The notes: generated from the sequence alone by a model not told the origin. 64,000 nt of DNA from Amoeboaphelidium protococcarum X5 (GCA_023515725.1 JALDTO010000288.1:1-64000); one strand, 5' to 3'; counted from the stretch's first letter, positions 38,322 through 51,187 are shown. A program made the numbers and translations.

Positions 38322-41300
38322 ATGCCTTTGTAAGGAGCGTAGAGTACGGACAGTTTGGTTAATAGTCCCAACATCCTTGATGATTTGGCGAATGCACCTC
38401 TGAAGTTCAAAACCATCTTGATAGCCAACAGAGGAGAGATTAGTATCAGAATTGCCAGGTCTGCACATGAGCTCGGTTTGAAGACTATTGCAATTTATAG
38501 TTATGAGGATCGTTATTCTATGCATAGATACAAGGCTGATGAAGCTTGGTAGATTGGTGAAGAAGGTTAGTACACCCCAGTTGGTGCTTACCTGCAAATT
38601 GACGAGATCATCCGCATTGCCAAACAGAGGAACGCAGATGTTATACATGCAGGTAATTTAACACATTGTTCTTTGTATATATCATTTTACTTAATAATTT
38701 ACCATCTGATGAGAGTGTAGGATATGGCTTTCTATCAGAGAATGCCGAATTTGCTCGTAAGGTTCGTGAGGCTGGAATTGCATTTGTAGGTCCACCCACA
38801 GCACTGATCAAGGCTCTGGGTGACAAAGTTGCTGCCAGACATCTCGTTGCTGATGTCTGTAAAGTCTAATGTGTGCCTGGAAGTAATGGCCCTGTGTAGT
38901 CTGTGTAAGAAGTGAAGTAATTTGTGGACAAGTACGGCCTCCCTATCATTATCAAAGCCGCCATGGGTGGAGGTGGTCGTGGTATGAGGATGGTCAAGAC
39001 TGAGGCTGACTACAAGGACATTGATGCCATTTTTAGCCGCTGTTAGAGTGAAGCGAAATCTGCTTTTGGTGATGGCACGGTGTTTGTAGAGAAGTTGATT
39101 CAGAAGGCCAAGCATATTGAGGTTCAAATATTGGCAGACTCTTACAACGCCATTGAAGGGCAGAATATTAATGACAGTGTGCATAGTCAGCTCAAGTATA
39201 GAAGTGAGATTGTCAAGCAGGGAGACACTTTTGATCATGTCATGCACTTGTTTGAAAGAGACTGTTCTGTGCAGCGTCGTCACTAGAAAGTGGTTGAGAT
39301 TGCTCCAAGTCCTCCTGGTACTTTGCATCCCACTTTGCGCGACAAGATCCTGAGTGATGCTGTAAAGATTGCCAGGATCAGTGGATATGTCAATGCGGGA
39401 ACTGTTGAATTTCTGGCTGAGAATTGTGATTAGCCCTACAGTGAAGACTTGAAATCATCTGGTGGTCATTGCTATTTCATTGAGATCAATCCTCGTATCC
39501 AGGTAGAGCATACTGTTACGGAGGAGATTTTGGGTGTTGATCTTATTGCGGCTCAAATTCGTATTGCTGCCGGTCAGGAGTTGAAGGAGATTGGCTTTAA
39601 GTAGAATATGTTAAAGCCGCGTGGGTATGCCATTTAATGCAGAATTACCACGGAAGATGCTCTGAACAGTTTTGCTCCGGATGCTGGTAAGTTGTAAGTT
39701 TATCGTTCCGCTGGAGGAAATGGTGTAAGACTGGATGGTTTTGCGCATGCTGGATTTGTCATTTCTCCGTATTATGACTCTCTTCTGGTGAAATGTATCA
39801 CCTATGCCTCAGAGTTTGATATTGCAAGACGTAAAATGTTAAGGGCTCTGATGGAGTTTCGCGTTAGAGGAGTCAAGACTAATATTGGTTTCCTGTATGC
39901 TCTGTTGCAATCTGAGATATTTGAGTCTGGACATGTTTACACCACCCACTTGGATGAATGTCTGCCATCGTACTTTGAAAAGGTTAAGAGAATTATGTTT
40001 GGCAGTGGGAAGAACAGAGCGTAGAAGTTGTTGAATTATTTAGCTGATGTCGCTGTGAATGGTTCTTAAATTAAAGGTTAGTCGGGAGAGCCTGGTTTGA
40101 GAGATCATGATCCTTTGTTGCCTAAACTACCTGCAGACATCCCTATTCAGTATCTTCATGAGCCTATGCGTCCTGAGGATGGAGGTTGGCGCTATGTGTT
40201 CTTAACTGAAGGACCTGAGGCTTTTGCCAAAGCTGTTCGCAAACATCCCACACCGTTGATTATGGACACCACCATGCGCGATGCTCATTAATCTCTGCTC
40301 GCCACTAGACTTCGTACTATTGATATGTTGAAGATTGCTCCGCTAACTTCTCATCTGTTGAAGCATGCCTTCTCATTGGAATGTTGGGGTGGTGCGACGT
40401 TTGACGTTAGCCTATAGTTCCTGCATGAGTGTCCATTTGATAGATTGCGTCGCTTGCGTAAGGCAATACCCAACATTCCATTTCAGATGTTGTTGAGAGG
40501 TGCAAATGCAGTTGGTTACACGTCCTATCCTGATAATGTTATTTATGATTTCTGCAAGAAGGCGAAAGATGCGGGCGTTGATATCTTTAGAGTGTTTGAC
40601 TCTTTGAACTATGTTGAGAATTTGGAGCTTGGTATTAAGGCTGTGAAAGCTGCTGGTGGCATTTGTGAGGGAACAATCTGCTACACTGGTGATGTCTTTG
40701 AGGCCACTAAAGTCAATGGACGCTATGATTTACCATATTATCTGGCTCTGGTCGAAAAGCTAGTCAAGTATGGTATTCATATCCTGGGAATCAAGGATAT
40801 GGCCGGTTTACTAACTCCCAAGTCTGCCAAGCTGCTAATAGGCTCTATCCGTGCGTAGTATCCAGATTTGGTTATCCATGTTCACACGCATGACACTGCA
40901 TCAGTTGGAGTTTCAACTATGATTGCATGTGTAGAGAGTGGTGCAGATGTAATCGATGCTGCAATTGACGCCTTGAGTGGGTAGACGTCGTAGCCATGTG
41001 CAGGTACCTTGATTTATGCACTGCAGAACACTGAGTATGATCTAGGTGTCAAGTATGAGCATATTTAGATTTTGAATGAGTACTGGGAGCAGATCAGATT
41101 GCTGTATCAATGCTTTGATCCAAAGGTTGGAAACCCTTCTTCTGAAGTGTTGACGCATCAAATGCCTGGCGGTTAGTATACGAATCTGCTGTTCTAGGCC
41201 ACATCTATGGGACTTGGAGAAAGATGGACGCAGGTGAAGAAGGCGTATGTCGAGGCTAACCGTATCTGTGGTGATATCGTGAAAGTCACGCCATCTAGTA

Positions 41301-42100
41301 AAGTTGTCGGGGATTTGGCGCAATTTATGGTATCGAACAAGTTGACTGAGTAGGATGTTTATGAGCGCGCTGGTGAATTGGACTTTCCTCGCAGTGTAAT
41401 TGAGTACTTTTAAGGTTATCTTGGATAGCCACCGTACGGGTTTAATGAAGAACTACGTGGCAAGATATTGAGAGGAAGAGAGAAGATTGAGGGCCGCCCT
41501 GGTGCCAGCATGAAGCCGTTTGATTTTGATGCTCTGCGTAAAGATTTGTATAGCTAGTATGGTCCTATATCTGAGGAAGATTTGTCGTCATCTGTGTAGT
41601 ATCCTGCGGTATTTAAAGAGTTTATGGAGTTCAAGACGAAATTCGGTGATGTCTCTGTGCTGCCTACCAGATTCTTTCTATCTGCAATGAAGATCAATGA
41701 AGAATGCACCGTGGATATTGAGGACGGCAAGACACTGATCATCAAACTACTCGCTGTTGGTCAGTCATCAAAGGATGGTGAGAGGGAGGTGTTCTTCTCA
41801 TTGAATGGGCAGACGCGTGCAATCACAGTCAAGGACAAGGCATCAGCGTCTGAGGTTAAGACCAGACCAAAGGCTAATCCTGCCAACAAGAATGAAGTTG
41901 CAGCTTCCATGAGCGGATCTGTTGTTGAAATCCGTGTCAAGGAAGGACAAGCTGTGAAGGTTGGTGATCCTCTGTTTGTCATGTCGGCCATGAAGATGGA
42001 GGCCACAGTTTCTGCGCCTGTGGCTGGTACTATAAAGGAGATTCACGTCCAAAATAATGACTCTCTGAGTGTGGGTGACTTACTATGTAAGATTGAATGA
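38322..42100 (+). CDS. PYC: Pyruvate carboxylase (exons 38322-38652 and 38721-42100)
   Basis: [13 protein letters not shown]^YGFLSEN across the intron, [39 protein letters not shown], biotinylation motif SAMKME. Confidence 0.97.
38653..38720 (+). other. Spliceosomal intron, 68 nt
   Basis: GTAATT...TGTAG interrupting the conserved H(P/A)GYGFLSEN motif. Confidence 0.9.
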
Positions 42101-42771
42101 ACAGGTTATTGTCAACAAGATTGATTTTATATTCTCATTTTACATCTGCCATTCAATTAAGTGGAGTTAGTAGTTGGTTGTCTAATGTCTTGAATTAAGA
42201 CCTGCGAGACTAACTACAGCGATACGCTGATAGGTGCACTTCTCTTTGGTTGTCATTAGTCACGAATTAACAACGTTGCAACATGTAACAAAACTGATCA
42301 GACGTTACATTGAAATATCTGCCGGTTTACAAAGCATGGATTATTCAATGCAAATACAGTACATGAACCTTATTTGACTTTGGTTATAGCGAACTACTCC
42401 ATCATTCATTCATACGATGTCTGGTCATCAAACACGTGTAAAAACTAATCTTAGCGCTTTGCAGTGTCCCATTTGCAAAGTCTGTACCGTATAATAATAT
42501 TCTCTAGCTCTGTGCCAGCTTTCAGTGATAATCAATGTGGCTATTACGCATGACTTTGTCGTCAATGAATTCCGAGTCTCTGATTAGCCAATTGGCGTTA
42601 CACGGTTGCATCGTTGGCTAAATGATTGGTCAAGATCTGGTCATTGGATACAGTAAGATCATACCTTGCAGAATGATATCTCTGTGACATTCTCTCTTTC
42701 CATCTCTTCTTATCAATACATTACTCCAAATAATAATAATTACACGCAACTGATATAGATTTTATTTGAAA

Positions 42772-44118
42772 ATGAAGTACAATTATTTAATCGCTTTAGC
42801 TACTGTCCTGGTGACAATTAACGCGCAAGGTTATGGGGCTGGCGCGCAATAGCCATCTGCTGCTCCTGCCAAGGCTCCTTGTACTACTGAAGGCAAACCA
42901 GCGCCTGCCACCCCTGCTCCATAGCCAGCTGCACCTGTTCCTGCTCCTGCACAACAAGCACCGGCTGCTCCTGTCTCTGCTCCAGCTCATCCAGCTCCGG
43001 CTCCTTAGCCATCCACAAAGCCTGCTGAGGCTCCTTGTCCACCTGGCGCATAGCCTGCACCAGCTCCTGCACAGAATGCTCCAGCTGGTGGTAACTACGG
43101 CGGCAATCAGCCATCTGCTTCTCCTGCTGGTGGCAATTACGGTGGCGCATAGCCTGCACCTGCGTAGAATGCTCCTGCTTATGGTGCACCTGCTCTGCCT
43201 CCTAAGGAGTGCAAGCCGCGCTCTACATCATGCGATAACAGCGCCAACTCTACGTGCCCATGCGTTGATTACGGAGCCATCCTGTTTGAGCAGGAAGAGT
43301 ATGCTGGTATCAAGCACTGGGTAGATGGTAAGTCTGGTGAATGTCGCGGTCTCAATGGTACAGACATCCACTCAGTTTCTATTTTGACTGGCCCTGGTGG
43401 TGATGCAATTTACTCTAGAGCAAAGTTGGAGTACGCCAATGGTGTGACTCTTACCTTTTACGATGAGTTCAACTGTGGTGGTAAGTCTCTGCTGCAGACT
43501 ACCGGTCACCAGCCGTACGTCTAGAATCTGACTGCACCTGCCCTGTCCGTAAAGATCTCCTGTAATGGTAATGGCACATTCGCTGCCAACAACACTCAGC
43601 CTCCTGGGCAGAATTTCCCTGTCGTAGTGACTGACGAGAATAACTTTGGTGGAGAGAAGCACTGGACTGATGGTCGTCAGTATGAGTGTCGCGGTCTCAG
43701 CGGTGTCAATGTCGGCACAATCTAGTACGTCAAGTCTCCAGGTGCTGATCCTACTGTCGCCTCTAACCTGATCTCTGATGAAGAGGCCAAGTAGCTGAGA
43801 CTGGTGTTCTTTGACGGTTATGGATGCATCGGTAACAAGACTGCTGAGTACATTGGAAACTAGAAGAGTCTGTGCCAGGGATCATCTTGCCCACAGCCAA
43901 AGTCAGTCATGTTCATGAGTGCCGACAAGTCCAAGGCTCCGGTGACTCCTCACATTCCGGGCATTGTTGAAAACACCACTGCTCCGGCTGCTGGTGGAAA
44001 CAATACTGGTAAGACTGCATAGGCTTAATCCTTTGATCAGGCCAGCGGTGCTTCTTCAGTGATGTTGAGTGGTGCAGCAGGCTCTCTCCTGTCCGCCGCC
44101 CTCTTCCTAATGGTTTGA
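42772..44118 (+). CDS. GPI-anchored protein: Pro/Ala/Gln-rich stalk + two tandem beta/gamma-crystallin-like domains (448 aa)
   Basis: Signal peptide; PAPAQ repeats. Duplicated unit LFEQEEYAGIKHWVDGKSGECRGLNG...LTFYDEFNCGG / VTDENNFGGEKHWTDGRQYECRGLSG...LVFFDGYGCIG. GPI-type tail SGASSVMLSGAAGSLLSAALFLMV. Confidence 0.7.
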
Positions 44119-44426
44119 ATGCAATAATTTGAGTTGAATTGAATGAATGAAATAAGTTAAATTTAAAAAAACACTTTCGCTTGACTAAGTATTTCTATAT
44201 CTATACAGTATAGTAAGCTATAGCGTTAAATACTTCAAGAGTGATTATGAAGAGCATTTAGCTTTTACCGCGCCGCGTTAATTCATTCACAGCGCTCTTC
44301 AACAACCCGCGTCTTACCGTTCTTTCATTATCATATTATCATATTTAATTTGTTGGACCTCCTACTTGTATAAATACTTGAAAATCATTTTCTATCACTA
44401 AAATTGTTAACAATAGTAAAGATAAC

Positions 44427-47400
44427 ATGAGCGATTAGGTGGGATGGGAAGATCTTATTGATATCGATGAATCCCCGCCTTAGCAGGATGATGAACAGGC
44501 TGCCACTTCATCCCAAGACCAGATGTTGTAGGATGTTACTGCTGACAGGGTCAAGATTTAATTTCAAGATGATAAAGTAAATGAACAGCCTCAGGTTAAT
44601 CCAACTGCGATTAATTAGGATTAATGGTAGGAATAGAAGGTAGAATAAGATTTAAATACAGGTAGTACATAGAATGGGAATAGTAATAATGGTAAGAATA
44701 GGCAGTAGTATTATGAAGATCTGCGAGAAATTATGAGACTTAAAGAGGTGCATTACAAACAGATTTATGCTCGTGATAGAATGTATCGCTAGAGGGTATA
44801 GGATAAGTTTGTGCGTGATGTAGTGCTCCCCAACGATGTGAGGACCAAATCGATTTTATAATGGCGTCAGAAAGCCTAATAGCTGTCCAATTAGTATCAT
44901 CAGCATCAATAGTAGCAGATCGTAAGTGGACAATACAGACGGCGCCATCAAATTAATTTTCAAGATGGTCCTGAGCGATATGAACTACTATACTCCGGAT
45001 CAGCCAGGAGACGTTTAAAATTGAGTGGTCAAGATTATTACTACGACTACTCGGATAGTTTTGATTGTGACGTGCCGGAAGTGCTGGTTCCTATCCGCAT
45101 TGAGATTAATTTAGATACGTCTGCACCTTTAGCTTAGCTATAAGCATCTGGTCTTGGTGGTGCTGGCGGTGGTAAAGACCATCTGCTGCCCAAGCTTAGA
45201 GATACTTTTACTTGGAATCTTAATGAGAAGGCTATAGGTTCTTACCAATTTGCTGCCATGTTGTGCGAAGATTATGGAATATCCGTGGAGTATTACAGTG
45301 AGATGATTGGAAAGTAGATTGAAGAGCAATTGGATGATTTTGTTCGCTTTGGAATTCAGGCTCAAGGGCTGCAGCGATAGTATATGCAGTATTTCCTTGG
45401 TAGAATATCACACTAGGATGCAGAGTTGTATTTGTAATCTCTTCAGCATGATGGTATTAGTGCAGGAGAGGTGAGATGTCGCCAGGCCGTTGATGTCATG
45501 AAGTAAAAGTATCCATATCTATTAAAGGACACGAAATCTTCCAATTCTCTACCAGGAGAGTTGAGATGTCCAGTCAAGATATCCTGCGTGGTGGGCAATG
45601 TTCACGTTGAAGATCAGATGGAAGTGGACTTATACTCGTTTGATACTGATACGCCTGAGTGTATTTCCAGCTCTGTGTGTGTAGATCTTGGTCTAGGCGG
45701 TGAATTTTATACTGCAATTGCGCACTAAATTCGTGAATAGGTGTGGATCTACGTCAAGCTGCTCATATGCGTCGGATTCGCATTCGATGGAAGTGATCCA
45801 TCTGCTATAGATGAGGAAGTTAAAAGTGTCATATTGCCTGTTCTGAATTCTACTAAAAATGCAGGTAGTGTGATTAGACCGTAGTCTTCAAGAGATGAAT
45901 GGACGCCAATGTTGAATTTCATGGCCGATTATGATATGGATAAGTGGTTGAAAGAGCGCGATGGTGGCTCCATAAAGAAGAAGAAACGCACTGGCAGATA
46001 TCGCCGTAGTGCTCTGTAGATGAAGGAGGGCAGTCTATCGGATCAGTTTGGGTTTTAGGTGTCTATCACTGAGACTGGTTTGAATAATCCTGGCAGAGAT
46101 GCTACTACTCAGGATGAAAACGGAATTGATTTGCTTCGTGGTGCTCATTAGTCACAGTAGAACATTCCATTGATATAGGTTATTAATGTGCCCGAGATAA
46201 GTGAGCCTCCGCGGACAATGAGATCTTTTTTGAGTAACACGTATGTCCAAGTCCTAGGTACTAGTGATCCACAAGGGAATGATGCTCATGAAATTGAATG
46301 GGTGCACAAGTATTGTGGTATTCCTGATACGTATAAACAACATGTGACCATCGAGCCATAAGTCAGCAATATATCGCAGTAGTAATAGCCGTCAGTGTAT
46401 TCTATGCCCATTGCTAATACTTTACCTAAAAGGCAATCAAGAGCTGCTGCTTAAGCGGCCCAAAGTCACATCAAGGAAATGACATAGTTTGATAATGCGG
46501 AAGAGGATGTGGACATGGTGGGAGAGAGCGATGATTAGGCTGATTATACAGAGAATGATGATGATGGAGGTACTGGTGACACGGTAAGTGATTATGCTCC
46601 AGATAAGGAATACGTTCTCAAGTAGCCGGATTAAGTCAAAAGCAAACGGTCGTAATCGCGTTTAGCCAGTGCGTTACCGCCAGCTGAGCCAGTGTCGTAG
46701 AGTAAGTCTATGCCTTTTCCATCGAAATAGAGCCCACTAAGAGCAGATCCGCCCGTCTAGAGTCATAGCCTGCCATTGATGTCTGAAATGTAATAATATC
46801 CTCAGATTGCTCCAGAATAACCACTATAGCTTATGCCTTAGAATAGTAATCCGCTGGCGTCTATCTAAATGCAGCAATTGATTTTAGAATAGCAGAAATA
46901 GTAACAGCTTCAGCAGCAGCAGCAGTAGTAGTTATAACAGCAGTAAATGATGCCGCAGATGATGTTTGGTAATCCTAATGCCATGCCTTTCGTGCAGTAG
47001 CAACAATAATAGTTTAATCCTACTTTGGGCATCAATCCGAGTTAAATGCATCAGAATCCTTAATCTTATCTAGGTGTGTAATAGTAGTAATTTCCATAAC
47101 AGCTCTAAAGTCGTGGGTCTTTAGATTCCGTGTCCAATGGTATTAATCCATGCCACGTTGGTGGTGGACGCAGCGAATCTCCGTAGTAGTAGCTACAGCA
47201 TCTAAAGTCCAAGTCTCCTTCTGTATCTCAAGACACTACCGCTTCCACCAACAACACAACGACAAATAAACCTGCTGGTCCGGTTAAGCATTGTGAATTT
47301 TGCGGCATTGCTTCTACAGAGACACCGCTGATGAGAAAAGGACCTGGAGGTAAGAGCACCCTTTGCAATAAGTGTGGTCTCAAGTATGCCAAGAAGCAGA

Positions 47401-47444
47401 AGAATGCTCAGAAGGCTTTGGAAAAGCAAAACTCGATTCAATGA
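44427..47444 (+). CDS. Snf5/SMARCB1-family chromatin remodeller subunit with C-terminal GATA zinc finger (1005 aa)
   Basis: EVLVPIRIEI...KLRDTFTWNLNE...FAAMLCED; VCVDLGLGGEFYTAIAHQIREQ; terminal CEFCGIASTETPLMRKGPGGKSTLCNKCG. Confidence 0.85.
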
Positions 47445-47853
47445 TTTTGAAGTGGAATCTTTATATATCTGTTTAGTTTGGAATTCCTACTATATTGTTA
47501 ACGCTATCTTGTTATAATGTTTTAGTTTGAATTTTAAGTGATGTTCCAGCGGATAGTTTGATCAACACAATTTTAAAACTTTTACAGCTGATACTTTGGT
47601 ACTCGATTTTGATCATAAACGAACTGTAATAGTCCTTCTTATTTGCCTATTATACTCCTCCTTCAATATCTATGAATTTCGCGTTTTGATTAGATTATTG
47701 GGCTGAGGCTATTTATAGATGGTGGTTGATAGTAACCATTAGAATGCTCCATGATAGAAACATTTTCACTTAAATCTTGAATTAACAGAAACTACTCTGA
47801 ACATTAAACCTTAAAATTAGAAAAATATTCTACTAAGTGCAATTCAAAGTAAG

Positions 47854-48789
47854 ATGTTTCAAATTGGTATCGCATTAGTAGTAGTGACGGGACTAATGCA
47901 AATGGCTAAAGTGGACGCGCACGCTAGACTGGTCATGCCGGTGCCGTTCAACACTAATCCTACTAGAGCGACACCGTGCGGTGGATAAGATAGTCCTCTC
48001 TCTGCAGCATACATTTAAAATTTCACCATCGGATCTACTGTGACTCTGAATTGGCAGCTTATCGCATCTGATGGTAGTGGCCCGCTTACTGTGCTGTATG
48101 ATTAGAGTGGAGGCGTTAATTTTTAGTCGTCTAACAACATCACTGTCTACGGAAATACTCCTCAGGCTCTGGGTGATTACTCTTTTACAATGACTGTGCC
48201 GAATATAACTTGTGGTACCGGTAATCCTAATGTAACAAACTATTGTACTGCCCAGGTAAAGAGCTCTTCAGGCTGGGTCAGTTGCTTTGCCTTTTAAACT
48301 GGCAACTTTTCTGGTGCTGTATTCACTCCTCCACCAACTACTTACTGCACTCCTGCCAACTAGCTATCTTTTTGCACTTCGCTGAACAACTAGAACATTT
48401 TGGTGCCAACAGGCAGCTCTGCTACTTTGCAAGACGGCCTCATAAGGTAGTACTATGACTCTATCGTGAACAACACCAACGTCTTCTCAGTCGGTGGATA
48501 GTCGTTCGATTGTTAGCAGCGTCTGAGATACTATTTGTGTTAGACATAGTTGCCGTACTGTGGTAGAAGTTCATATCTGAATGCCAACATGAACAAGTGT
48601 TATTGTTAGAACACTATGGGCATGTGTGGGCTCACGGAATAGCATCGTCAACTGTTCAACTGTACCACGCTCCCAGACTGTCCCAACACAAGCGATGCGT
48701 CTTCTGCAGCAGTTCCGTCCATAGGCTGGGTTTTGCTTAGCCGCGTGTTTGACTATGCTCAACAAGTTGCTCTGCAGAATTTTATATGA
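47854..48789 (+). CDS. Secreted protein with predicted mature N-terminal His (LPMO/X325-like) + Cys-rich domain (311 aa)
   Basis: Signal peptide ending VDA|H (His codon 47920). HARLVMPVP...PCGG...TVTLNWQLIASDG...CTAQ...GWVSC. Then CQQRLRYYLCQTQLPYC...CYCQNTMGMC...FNC..LPDC. Confidence 0.65.
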
Positions 48790-49041
48790 TGACTTTGGAA
48801 AATACAAATATGAACGTGGTGATAGAGTAATACTCGACGAATACAGTTTTACATCTCGATCACTGCTTAAATTTTTGTACACACTTTGGTTTAAAGTAAT
48901 TTCGTGTCTATTCAATGACAACATTACTGCAGTACGTACTCGACCAAGAGCCTCTAACAGCTCAAGCAAAATGGGTTGAAATTAGACTTCTTAGATGTTA
49001 AAAGAATTTAAACTTCGATGTATTTCAAAAACAACTCTCAA

Positions 49042-50688
49042 TCATCTAAATTTGCGTTATTGAGCCGCTTAAATGAGCTGATTAGCCTCTCTGAGATTAC
49101 TGTACTGTTAACCAACCTGTGAGCCATCCGAATGTATCTAATAACCCCAAGGAGCACCTTCGAGTTAGAGCAGCCATTTAAGATTATCCAAATTCACCAA
49201 ACGAGTACAGGTCTAAGTGCAATCCATTTCACCAAACATGACTGATTTTAGTACTTTCAGCATTCCAGCGCGATATTGATCCTCACTTATGATCGAATTC
49301 TACCGCATTTTCTCATTGATAAGTTGCATGCCCAGCAGCGCAAATTCCATTCTATCTTTCGTGATCAGTCCATACTCGACGAGTAGAAAGTATGGAATCT
49401 CTTGACTAGTCTCACACAGCTGTTCAAGTCTCCCACTTCGAATGTAGAACGACGTGAAATAGGAATACTGAGAGTATTAGACAAAAGCAATAAGCAGACT
49501 TTGATCATCTACTAATCCACTACTGACTAGGTACGTTATAACCTTTTCCCATCTTTTCAATATGGCAAACTCTAATATAATCTTTGCAGCTTCAACTTCC
49601 ATAAAATATGAGTTGTCCACAGACTGCTAGCGAGTGAGTCGAGGAATTATAAGAGAATCTCTGTTAGTTGTAAATGACTGGACGGACTAATGGTACGCGT
49701 TGTCTCGCTACTGAAATTCATTTAATGACTACTGCACATCCAATGGAACAATATTCCTAAAAAATTCATTCATATTCCCTCCAACCTATTTAGGAGTGGA
49801 TGAATATGTAAAATCTTGATCATCCAAATCGGCATCGTCCGATTAATACACATCATAATCATGATTTTCGCTCTCGTAAGAGACACCTTCAGATCCAGAT
49901 GGATAGCGCTAGAGTTCCGAATCTCTCAGATGATTAACGAAAGCGCCTTAATCATCATTAGCATCGTTTTAAAGATAATTATGCGCTTAGAATTCGGACC
50001 ACTAATAATTGCTTTAAGCTTGGGATACAGATGGCAAGTGCTATATATCAGATAAGGGATAATGTTAGAAAGCAGATGGACCACTACTACTAATACCTTC
50101 ATCTACGGAGTACAAATTTATTTGTAGAGTTTGAGCATCTTGAAGCATCTACAAAAATTAATCTTCGTTTAGCATTTAACGCGCCTTAAGCTAGGCGACT
50201 AAACCTCGCTCACCACCGAATAGCTTCTCCACCTCCGGCATCTCTGCAAATTTGCGTTAAAGATACTGTTGGATGTCAACAGAATTAGCAATCATATACA
50301 TCTACCGTTAAGTGGCCTTATAATTCAACTTTGAAGCTCTATCATGACCAAGCTTTTAATATATTTGATAGTGGACTTCATTAGGCAAATTGCTAAATCC
50401 AGTAGAGCCCCTATCCTCCACATCAGATGGCTTAGTGGATTATTGCAGACCATCTATACTGTCTTAATCCTTAGATTACGGCATCTATCTACGCGTCACA
50501 TCTACAGACTACGATTCACCACCATTCACATATGAGCCTAGACGACTATTACGCGGCCGCTGATCCCGTCTAGAATTACTGGAAGCATCCACATCTTTAT
50601 CTTATAGCGAATTGATCCCCATGCCTGACGCGTACTGTTACAGATTAATTAACACCAAGTATATGTATAATCTATGAATCCAAGACAT
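49042..50688 (-). CDS. Putative secreted F-box-like protein (548 aa)
   Basis: Open under code 6. Signal-like N-terminus MSWIHRLYIYLVLINLQQYASG. GFSNLPNEVHYQIYQKLG...LNYKATQRQMYMIA fits the F-box pattern. Confidence 0.55.
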
Positions 50689-51034
50689 CAGGCAGTACAA
50701 AAGACAGACAGCCTATCTATATTTATTTAGAAAGTAATGATGAATATCAGAAATAAGAGGATTAAATGCAGCGGAATCTAAAGTAATGATTTCAAGATTT
50801 ACCATGTGAATCCATGTTACATTCAGAGGCCGCTCAAACATGTCGCAGCTCACCGCACACAAAAGTGTTACCTTACACATTACGCGCGGATCATTGTTAA
50901 TACATTAATTGAAACACCACAGAAAATGAGTTGACGCCTAGCCATACACCTGATAAGCATTAAACTTTTGTAAACCGCTTTATAACCGTTCGTACATCCA
51001 ATCAATCAAATCATCACTGCATGCAGGTCCGGCC

Positions 51035-51048
51035 GTTGTCATGGCAAC
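51035..51048. promoter_or_regulatory. RFX X-box-like palindrome GTTGTCATGGCAAC
   Basis: Fits the GTYNCY-AT-RGNAAC consensus except for T at position 5; 140 bp upstream of ATG51188 in a divergent intergenic region. Confidence 0.5.
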
Positions 51049-51187
51049 TCAATGTTGTCCAATAGCCTTCTGCCATTCGTTCACTCAATCATTCAACGGC
51101 TGCACTACCTTTGATTGATCTGTTACAACATTGACTATTTATATAAAACATTTATCTTTGATCCTATTTACTTCATACAAGTTTAAA

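Noticed and set aside
39140-39235. Extra ~25-aa segment in the PYC biotin-carboxylase domain as an intron
   Set aside because: It is in frame, has no TGA and shows no convincing donor/acceptor pair; treated as a loop insertion.
46860-47110. TAA/TAG/CAG runs as microsatellites or CRISPR-like arrays (also ~441, 5172, 6650, 10140)
   Set aside because: They are in-frame poly-Gln tracts with no repeat-spacer structure.
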